From an uncultured Rivularia sp. (GTDB lineage: Bacteria > Cyanobacteriota > Cyanobacteriia > Cyanobacteriales > Nostocaceae): 64,000 bases of DNA. The stretch is taken from assembly GCA_963665115.1 (NCBI GenBank), contig OY762007.1, positions 3,936,001 to 4,000,000 of the forward strand. Reading direction: 5' to 3'. This document shows positions 54,816 through 64,000 of this stretch, in pieces; within the stretch, counting starts at the first letter, position 1, and each line of letters starts with the position of its first letter. The translations under genes and the position numbers were made by a program. The notes under the pieces are model-generated. The model was not told the DNA's origin and searched no databases. It worked only from the letters and a program-made list of their open reading frames with translations.

Positions 54816-57800
54816 TTAATGTTCTTCTTCTATCGACTCGCGGGTAAGAGATTCGTAAGTCGGACGGGGTGGTGTACGACGAGAGTTTTGATCTGCCATG
54901 AGGTCAACTTCTACATCCAAGGAACTACCGTCGTTTTGAGTTTCTACTTTGTGAACGGCTATATCAAGTCCCAAAGACTGTAGCTCTCGCATCAATACTT
55001 TGAATGATTCTGGTGTTCCCGGACGAGGAATTGCTTTACCTTTAACAATGGCGTTAAGGGCTTCGTTACGTCCTTGCATATCGTCGGATTTAACGGTAAG
55101 CAATTCTTGCAATGTATAAGCAGCACCGAATGCTTCGAGCGCCCATACTTCCATTTCTCCGAAACGCTGACCGCCTTGTTGTGCTTTACCACCCAATGGC
55201 TGTTGAGTAACCAAAGAGTAAGGTCCTGTTGAACGAGCGTGGATTTTATCGTCTACTAAGTGAACTAATTTGAGCATATAAGCTACGCCAATAGTCACTG
55301 CTCGGTCAAAAGGTTCGCCGGTACGACCGTCATAAACTTGAATTTTTCCGGAATCATCGGGATTATATACCCAGTCTTTACCAGTTTCGTCTCTTGCTTC
55401 TTGCAGCTTGCCGTGAACGATTTGCCGCGATGATTCTTCGCCATACATTTCGTCGAAAGGCGTAATCTTAAATCTCACTCCCAAGGTATTACCTGCCCAA
55501 CCTAACAAGCACTCGAATACCTGCCCTACGTTCATTCGGCTCGGTACACCCAAGGGATTGAGTACAATATCCACACAAGAACCATCTGGCAAGTAAGGCA
55601 TATCTTCCAAAGGTAATATCTTGGAAATAATTCCTTTATTACCGTGCCTTCCCGCCATTTTGTCGCCGACTTGAATTTTCCGCTTTTGAGCTACGTAAAC
55701 TCGCACCACCATGTTTGCTCCTGGTGGAAGCTCGTCACCTTGTTCGCGGGTAAATATCCGGACATCTACGACTCTACCTTTCTCACCATTGGGTACTCGC
55801 AACGAGTTATCTCTTACGTCTCTGGCTTTCTCACCAAAAATTGCTCGCAATAATTTCTCTTCTGGTGGCTGGTCGGATTCGCCTTTAGGTGTAACTTTAC
55901 CTACCAATATATCCCCGGCTTCCACCCAAGCTCCAACCCGGATAATTCCCTGCTCGTCTAAATTTCGCAGCGCGTCTTCACCGACGTTAGGAATTTCTCT
56001 GGTGATTTCTTCTGGACCGAGCTTAGTTTGTCTTGCCTCAATTTCATACTTCTCAATGTGAATTGAGGTATAAACATCATCCTGCACCAAGCGTTCGCTA
56101 ATGAGAATAGCATCCTCGTAGTTGTAACCTTCCCAAGGCATATAGGCTACTACGATGTTTTGTCCCAATGCTAATTCGCCACCTTCAGTAGAAGAACCAT
56201 CTGCAAGTACTTGTCCTGCAATAACTTTTTCTCCTATCCTTACCAAAGGTCTTTGGTTCAAACAAGTATCTTGGTTGGAACGCTGATACTTGGAAATTTC
56301 GTATTTTTCCTCCGTTGCATCGGGTGCGGGACGAACGCGAATTTCTGTGGCATCTACAAAGGTAACGTCACCGTCGGTACGGGATACTATCACCATCCCG
56401 GAGTCTCTCGCAGCTTGGGCTTCTAAACCAGTTCCCACTAAAGGACGCTCTGGTTTGAGCAATGGGACTGCTTGCCGTTGCATATTCGACCCCATCAATG
56501 CTCGGTTAGCATCGTCATGTTCCAAGAATGGAATCAAGCTTGTTGCTACCGAAACAATCTGCACCGGAGAAACCGCTACATAATCCACCTGCTCTGGTGT
56601 CGTAGTTGCCCAATCTTGACGGTAGCGTACTGGTACTTGAGTACCAATAATATAGCCATTTTGATCGAGAGGTGTATCCCCCGGAGCAACCCGTAAATCA
56701 TCTTCTTCGTCAGCAGTCATGTAAAGAGCTTGCTTATCAAACATGACTTTGCCGTTTTCTACCGGACGGAAAGGAGTTTCTAAAAAGCCATAGGAATTTA
56801 CTTTAGCGTGAGTCGCTAAAGAACCAATTAGTCCCGCGTTTGGACCTTCTGGCGTTTCAATCGGGCATATACGTCCGTAGTGAGAAGGATGAATATCTCT
56901 TACTGCAAACCCCGCACGTTCCCGAGTTAAACCACCAGGGCCAAGCGCTGACAATCTTCGTTTGTGAGTCAGTTCCGCCAAAGGATTGGTTTGATCCATG
57001 AACTGAGATAGCTGTGAGGAACCAAAGAATTCTTTGATTGCTGCTACTAACGGTTTGGGGTTAACCAAGGATGCAGGAGTTAAAGACTCGGAATCGGATA
57101 CGGTCATACGTTCGCGGATAATCCGCTCCAAACGATTCAAACCTACCCGAACCTGGTTTTGCAGCAATTCACCGACACTTCTGACTCGGCGATTTCCCAG
57201 GTGATCTATGTCGTCTATATTACCGAGGTCGAATTCTAAGTTAATTAGGTAATCGACCGCTGCCAAGATATCCGGAGCCGTCAACACCCTAGTTGTATCT
57301 GGAATTTGCAAGCGTAATTTTTTATTCAGCTTGTAGCGTCCAACCCGACCTAAATCGTAGCGTTTCGCATCAAAAAAGCGCGAATCTAAAAGCTGTTGTC
57401 CGCCCAAAACTGTTGGTGGTTCGCCCGGACGCAGCTTGCGATACAATTCCATCAAGGCTTCTTCTTCGGAAAACTCCCCTTCTTTTTCAATGGTTTTTTG
57501 GAAGTATTCCGGGTGACGCATCGCATCGAAAATTTCGTTGTTGGTCAGCCCTAAAGCTTTGAGCAAGACTTGAGCCGACAATTTACGCGTTTTATCAATT
57601 CTCACCCAAACTAGATCGTTACGGTCTGTTTCAAATTTCAGCCATGCTCCCCGGTTGGGAATTAAACTAGCAGAATAAGTACGGCGACCGTTTTTATCGA
57701 TTTCGGATTTGTAATAAACCCCTGGGGATCGAACTATCTGGTTGACAATTACTCGCTCTGCACCGTTAATAATAAATGTGCCGCGTTCGGTCATCAAAGG

Positions 57801-58116
57801 CAAGTCACCAATAAATACTTCTTGCTCTTTAATTTCCCCAGTCTCTTTGTTTATCAAACGTGTAGGTACGTACATTTGCACCGCATAGGTGCTGTCGCGT
57901 CGCTTCGATTCATCTACACCATATTTAGGCTCTTTAAGCTTGTAGTTTTTTCCTAAAAAGTGCAGTTCTAATTTTCCGGTGTAATCTGTGATGGGACTGA
58001 AGGAATCAAGCTCTTCTATTAACCCTTGTTCCAAAAACCAGCGGAAGCTAGAACGTTGAATTTCAATCAAGTCGGGCAACATGAAGCCCGGTTTCTGTCA
58101 TTGAGTCGTAATTCAT
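54816..58116 (-). CDS. rpoB: RNA polymerase beta subunit; apparent +1 error at 58092-58094 near the start (in-frame ORF from 58082)
   Basis: [36 protein letters not shown]. Removing one base gives [16 protein letters not shown]. Confidence 0.98.
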
Positions 58117-58858
58117 GCCCATATTCAAATCTATAAAGGGGTTAAATTTGTCTTGCGTTGAGAAAATTCCGATTGTATTGCTGTCGTAGTGAAAGCAATT
58201 TTATGGATAAATAGAGGATAGCAGCCGATACATGGCATCTTTCATCAAAAAATGAATCCTCTCCTTACAGATAGGTAAAATTAAAAGGCATCTTAATTAT
58301 TTGCCTGAGTTTGCTCGCGCTTTCGCTGGCTTTCCGATCCAGAAGAAACTGTTTTCCTTTACTCATTCCCCCTCCGTTTTGGCGCTTTAACTCAAACAAG
58401 CAATACTGTCTTCGTGTTTTATCAACGCTATTCCAACAGCCAACAATACCGTCGCGGTGATGATATCCTATTACTAAAGGAATTAATTGAAGGCGCTGGG
58501 AAGATAGCTTTTCGGTGAATGGCTTTGTTTTCAAGGTAGATTCTTCTTATCCCAAGCTCAGAACCTTAAATAGTTTTCTATAAATGAAATAATTCAGCCG
58601 TAATAGGTAAGCTAGTTAAAGCCACATACATTGCTTTATTGAAACCGTAATAATCCACTATGGATTTCCGTTGCAAGAAATGCATGAAACAGCTTTCATT
58701 TGAGCGTTTTTAATAATTCAGCTAATTATATTGCCAAGGTCACTCAACTATTATGACCTAAGCAAACATAATCGGAGGAAAGAATTATATCATATTTCCT
58801 CTCTTCCTAAAGTAGGAACTTTGGATTAGCTTGAAATATATCCACACCCAAATGATTT

Positions 58859-59644
58859 TTACAGCTTTAAGCCAAATAAATCGCAGGCATTCTTTGTAGT
58901 AGTTTGTGCTATTGACTCTAAGGTTTCTCCTCGCAAGCTGGCTACCTGCTCGGCTACGAAACGAACATAGGATGGCTCGTTTCGCTTTTGCCCTCGTTTT
59001 GGAACTGGGGCTAGAAAAGGACAGTCAGTTTCAATTAGAAGGCGATCGCCTCTTACCATCGTTGCTGACTCTTTAATTGCATGAGCATTCTTGAAAGTAA
59101 CGGTTCCGCTGAAGCTGACGTAAAATCCCAAGTCTAAAAACCATTGGGTTTCTTCAGGGGTTCCACCCCAGCAGTGCATTACTCCCCGCACCTTCTCTCC
59201 ATACCTCTGTTTGAAACGAGATAGCACTTGCTGCATCTTCAATGCTGCATCTCTACAGTGGATAATTACCGGCAAGTCGAGCCTTACTGCTATTTCCAAC
59301 TGCTTTTCCAAGACTAGAATTTGTTGCTCGTTATTATCAGCTTTATAAAAATCCAGCCCCATTTCCCCAATGGCGACAATTTTATCCCCGGCGTTAGCCA
59401 AGGATTCGATTTTGTTCGCCGTTTGGGATGTCCACTTTTGGGCATCTAAGGGGTGCAATCCCACCGCAAAACTAATTTCAGGAAATCTATGGGCTAATGC
59501 CTGGATTCCTGAAAATTCCGATGGTTCAACGCATGAATGTACCAGACGCACTACACCCGCTTCTTGCCATCGTGAGCGCACCGCTTCCAAGTCGGGCTGG
59601 AATTGGTCAAAGTTAAGATGAACGTGGGTGTCAATCAACTGCAT
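58859..59644 (-). CDS. tatD: TatD family DNase/hydrolase
   Basis: [41 protein letters not shown]. Confidence 0.93.
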   Translation of the reverse strand: MQLIDTHVHLNFDQFQPDLEAVRSRWQEAGVVRLVHSCVEPSEFSGIQALAHRFPEISFAVGLHPLDAQKWTSQTANKIESLANAGDKIVAIGEMGLDFYKADNNEQQILVLEKQLEIAVRLDLPVIIHCRDAALKMQQVLSRFKQRYGEKVRGVMHCWGGTPEETQWFLDLGFYVSFSGTVTFKNAHAIKESATMVRGDRLLIETDCPFLAPVPKRGQKRNEPSYVRFVAEQVASLRGETLESIAQTTTKNACDLFGLKL

Positions 59645-59706
59645 TAGAACCATCCTTTTTAAAAGTCAGCGACTAATCGTAATTACTACTGACTTTACAA
59701 ATCCAA

Positions 59707-60021
<315 letters not shown>

Positions 60022-60451
60022 CTATATATGTACGCACACTAATAGCCTTACTAATATAGCATCCAATTTGTCAATATGAAGATGCTACAAAAAAAATATC
60101 TGAAAAAAGTTTTTTTTGTGCTAGATGAGGAAAAATCACCCACACAAAACAGTTCTGACTTGACACGGTAAAGTTAATGCCTTAGTGCAATCTCAGCTTG
60201 AATATTTTGCTTCATATTTTCTCTAGACACAATAATAAGTACCCATGCAAAATTAATTAAATGTTTTTTCTAGCTAGAAAATAGGCAACGGCTATATTAC
60301 TGAGTAATAATTATATAAACAATGCGGGCTTAGCTACTTACTATACGGAAATCGGGGAGATTGACTCAGAACCTAATTCATATTTGATAGTATAAAAACA
60401 CCTTTACGGGCTATTCGATCGTGACGTTAAAATAACCATTCCCCAGTCTAC

Positions 60452-61306
60452 TTAAAGTTCTGTTTGCTTAGCAAGCTCTAGGGCCGATCGACCAAATAAT
60501 AACTCGTTATCATCTTTGATTTTTCCAATGACATCCTGCTCTTTGGTGTAAGAAAATATCGCTGTACAACGTTGTTGATTGCCTACTACTTTAGTCACGC
60601 GGTGTAGAGACAATTTACCCTGGAATATTTGTAAGTCTCCCGGTTGTAAATTATTTTGCTGAACACCTTCGTAACATCCATGTAAAATTTGGCTGACTAA
60701 TTCAAAATTTTCACTCTGTGGTGTCCTAATATTAGGAGCATATTCAAAAATTCCCCCTTTACTAGCAGCTTGAATCATCAGAACAATACTGAAATCATTG
60801 TCATCATAATGCCACGGATGTTGTGCATCATTTCGTAAAATATTTAATACCAATCTGGCTAAAGGGTCATCATATTCATATATAACTTCGGTTGCCAAAC
60901 TAGCTGCAATAAAATTTTGAAAAATTGGTGCATGGTAAAGAGCTAGAAAAAGCGATTGGGGCTGAAATTTATTTTGCGGAACAAAAGCATTGGTTCGTTC
61001 CATAAAAAATCTTGCTGGATGTTCGGGTGCGAGTTTTGGATCGTCATCTGTTTTAAATATATTTGTTTTTCTTGTTGCATAATATGCTTCATGTTCTAAC
61101 GATAAAGATTCTTGTTGGGCAAAAAAAAGTGCCTTAGTAGTTAAAAAGTTCTTTAATACACAGCATCCGCGATGCTGCAACTGTTGGCGGCAATTAGCAA
61201 TTAAATCTAAAGATTTTTTTTGACATAGCTCTGCAATCGGATACTGCTGCAAATTTATAATTTCTTCAATTTTTAGCGGCGCTTCTGTAAGTTTTTTATT
61301 AATCAC
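60452..61306 (-). CDS. Fe(II)/2-oxoglutarate oxygenase, BesD/HalD-like family, HxD hydroxylase type
   Basis: HPWHYDD, GGIFEY, LQPGDLQIFQG, SLHRV and a distal Arg in QQRC. Confidence 0.8.
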   Translation of the reverse strand: MINKKLTEAPLKIEEIINLQQYPIAELCQKKSLDLIANCRQQLQHRGCCVLKNFLTTKALFFAQQESLSLEHEAYYATRKTNIFKTDDDPKLAPEHPARFFMERTNAFVPQNKFQPQSLFLALYHAPIFQNFIAASLATEVIYEYDDPLARLVLNILRNDAQHPWHYDDNDFSIVLMIQAASKGGIFEYAPNIRTPQSENFELVSQILHGCYEGVQQNNLQPGDLQIFQGKLSLHRVTKVVGNQQRCTAIFSYTKEQDVIGKIKDDNELLFGRSALELAKQTEL

Positions 61307-61630
61307 TATATACCTGCTATTTTTACACTTGAGTTGCTCCCTGTAAAATGAGTGTCTAATGACTTCTCAAACAGCGATTATCATAGCAAACAGCAATGAA
61401 ATCAAAAAAATTGTCTTCAAGGTTACTTTGTACTCAAGACTACTTCTATCCCATTCAAAGAAACGAGATGATAAAGCCACGGATACGCAAAAGATAGAGA
61501 GGTCGAAGATATAGATAATCTTGCACGAGAAGAAAGTAACAACACGATTACTCCAATCTTTAGATGTAAGGCTATCAAATCAAAATTTCACAGCCTCACA
61601 TTGTTTATTACTAAAACTATTAAATAACCG

Positions 61631-63374
61631 ATGACGTACCAATTCCAAAATTCTCTTCCCAAGCTACCTTTACCAACGCTAGAACAAACTTGTAAACTAT
61701 ATCTTGAGATAGTTAAACCGTTATTAAGCGAACAAGAAATAGCACAAACCCAAGCAGTAGTTGAGGAATTTCAGCAAGAAAGCGGTCAAAAATTACAGCA
61801 TCAGTTAGAAATAATTAATCGTGCGACTAAAACCAGTTACGTTCACGATTACCGAGAAGAAAGTTTTTCGGAATATCGCGGGGCTTTAGTTATCAATAAA
61901 AACTTTGGCGGAATACTCACGCCAATTTCCCAGCCAGAATTACCTCAAGCTAAACTTGCTGCAACTTGGATTGTTGATACTTTAAAATTTTACCTAAAAA
62001 TTAAACGACGCGAACTTGAACCAGATAGAGATTCGCCACGTAATGGGAATCAACCAATGTGTATGATTCAATACGATAATTTATTTGGTTGGAATCGGAT
62101 TCCTGGTATTAAACGGGATGAAATGCGTCATAGTCCAGAGCAAGAAAATGTTGTAGTTATTTACCGGAATGTATTTTACTCGCTACAACCGCTCAAAGAA
62201 GAAAAAATTGCGCCAGCCTCAGAAATCGAGCAACAAATTAATTGGATTTTAAAGAATACTTCTTCCGATGAACCAGCTTTGGGAGCATTGACAGGTGTGA
62301 AAAGAGCTTCTTGGGCTGTAGTTTCGTCAAGGTACGGCAGCTTTAAATTCAGAAAATGCTCATTTTTTAGATTTATTAGATAGTGCTTTATTTGTAGTTT
62401 GCTTAGATGATGCAGCACCCGCGAATATAGAAGCAGCTTGTAAAAATGCACTACATGGAGATGGGAAAAATCGTTGTTTTGATAAGCCTTTACAATTAAT
62501 TTTTACATCTAATGGCTTATCGGGTATTAATGTCGAACACGTGGGAATTGATGGTTTTGTTATCATGCGCTACCTGTATGAAGTTAATCAAGAACGACAG
62601 CAGCAAAACCAGGAATTGGCGAACAATACATCTGTTGAGTTCGAGCCACCGACGCAATTAAACTGGAAATTCACTAAAGAAATTTTAGCCGAAATTAAGC
62701 AAGCAGAAGCAGAAGTCGAAGATTTTATTTCCGAACATGAAATAAAGGTTTTGGACTACCAAGAATTTGGGCGAAATTTGATTAAGAACTACCGTTTGAG
62801 TCCAGATGCTGTGGTTCAATTAGCAATTCAACTTGCTTATGTGAAGTTACGTGGAAAAATTGACTGTGTATATGAATCTGTACATACTCGACGGTTTGCA
62901 TACGGACGTACAGAAGCAATGCGTTCGGTTACTCCTGAGTCAATAGAGTTGATTCGTACTTTTACTGAGAAAGATTCAGATGAAGCAAAATATGCAGCCC
63001 TTAAGAAAGCTGTAGCGGCTCATGTCTGTCGCCAGAAAGATTGTCAGCAAGGATACGGTGTTGACAGGCATTTATCAGCACTATTACGGTTGGCGCGTGC
63101 CCAGGGAATGATGCCGAAAATTTACGAAGATAAAGCTTATAAAGTTCTTGGTGAATCAACTATCTGTACAAGCAGTTTAGCGGCAGGAATGGGTATGGAA
63201 TTATTTTGTTTTGGTCAAGTGGCAGATAATGGCTATGGTATTGGCTATATTATCAAGCCCGATAGTATTACTGTGAGTGTTACTAGTAAGTATCAGCAAA
63301 CACAAGAATACATTGAGTCATTACAACAGAGCTTTTCGGAGTTGGGTAAGTTGATAGCTCAAGAAAGCAAATAA
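61631..63374 (+). CDS. Choline/carnitine O-acyltransferase family protein; +1 frameshift near 62322 (about 580 aa if repaired)
   Basis: LPKLPLPTLEQT, PMCMIQY, RIPG. The bridging frame reads SALFVVCLDD...NRCFDK...GINVEHVGIDG (catalytic His), then SPDAVVQLAIQLAY, YES..TRRF..GRTE, GVDRHL and GYGIGY. Confidence 0.9.
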
Positions 63375-63388
63375 AATAATCAATTCTT

Positions 63389-63411
63389 AACCCGCTGTAA
63401 TGGCGGGTTTT
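63389..63411 (+). terminator. Intrinsic terminator
   Basis: AACCCGCTG-TAA-TGGCGGGTT followed by Ts. Confidence 0.75.
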
Positions 63412-63496
63412 GATTGTGTCGGTTATTTATCTAGTATTTATGAGTAAAATATATGACAGTTTTTCTTATAGCTTACTAGGTCACTTATTTATATAA

Positions 63497-64000
63497 ATGC
63501 TGCTCAACAACCGCTATCAGATACTTCGGACTTTGGGGAGCGGTGGATTTGGAGAAACTTTTCTAGCAAAAGACACTCAGATACCTTCGACTCGCCGATG
63601 CGTAATCAAACAGTTAAGAGTAATTCAAGATAATCCTCAAACTTATCAACTTGTGCAGCAGAGGTTTGCGCGAGAAGCGGCTATTTTGGAAGAATTGGGT
63701 GATGGCAATCCTCAAATTCCCCGATTATATGCATATTTTAGCGAAGGGCAGCAATTTTATTTAGCTCAGGAGTATATTCAAGGGCAGACTTTGAGCGAAG
63801 TTATTAGAAGTCGCGGGCGTTTGAATGAGTCTGGGGTGCGAGAAATATTAATTAGTCTATTGAATTTACTCGATTACGTTCATAGTAAGGGCATCGTTCA
63901 CCGCGACATCAAACCAGAAAATATTATTCTCCGCTCCTCCGATAATCGGCCAGTTTTAATTGATTTTGGTGCGGTGCGCGAGACAATGGCTGCACAAGTT
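63497..64000 (+). CDS. Ser/Thr protein kinase (Pkn2-type), truncated by the window end
   Basis: Open frame MLLNNRYQILRTLGSGGFGETFLA...CVIK...HRDIKPENI...LIDFG. Confidence 0.93.
   Translation, partial: MLLNNRYQILRTLGSGGFGETFLAKDTQIPSTRRCVIKQLRVIQDNPQTYQLVQQRFAREAAILEELGDGNPQIPRLYAYFSEGQQFYLAQEYIQGQTLSEVIRSRGRLNESGVREILISLLNLLDYVHSKGIVHRDIKPENIILRSSDNRPVLIDFGAVRETMAAQV

Noticed and set aside
48500..58116. Inteins or introns in the RNA polymerase genes
   Set aside because: Lengths and motifs are ordinary for cyanobacteria. The large rpoC2 insert is the normal lineage-specific insertion.
58265..58534. 89-aa ORF or structured leader upstream of rpoB
   Set aside because: TTG start, no recognisable motif, and no RNA family identifiable by eye.

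Overview
AT-rich chromosomal window from a filamentous, probably heterocyst-forming cyanobacterium. The assignment to Nostocales is an inference from frequent HIP1 GCGATCGC sites, heptameric STRR repeats and a split rpoC1/rpoC2. In order, the window holds: two rhomboid proteases; a convergent cyanoexosortase B/Wza/Wzc/DegT polysaccharide-export cluster; a GAF 'histidine kinase' lacking its His; ictB; a LuxR-type response regulator; a PAO-like Rieske oxygenase; and hemJ. An accessory block follows at about 16.5-26.2 kb. It contains a MITE, a ~1850-aa protein (signal peptide, hypervariable HEAT array, TM helices, two P-loop NTPases) overlapping an ATPase-CHAT caspase-like protease gene, a DUF6671 gene, a candidate Yfr1-like sRNA and an ABC-ATPase remnant. 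After that come acnB, a ferredoxin-DUF3326-CPBP cluster, a cellulose synthase cluster (porin, TPR, GH8, BcsB, BcsA, plus GH5-CBM2), the rpsT-tatD-rpoB-rpoC1-rpoC2 operon, a divergent Fe/2OG oxygenase plus choline/carnitine acyltransferase pair, and the start of a Ser/Thr kinase. Five genes carry single-base +1 frameshifts that look like sequencing artefacts. The best candidates for undescribed systems are the HEAT-receptor/NTPase/CHAT module and the oxygenase/acyltransferase pair.
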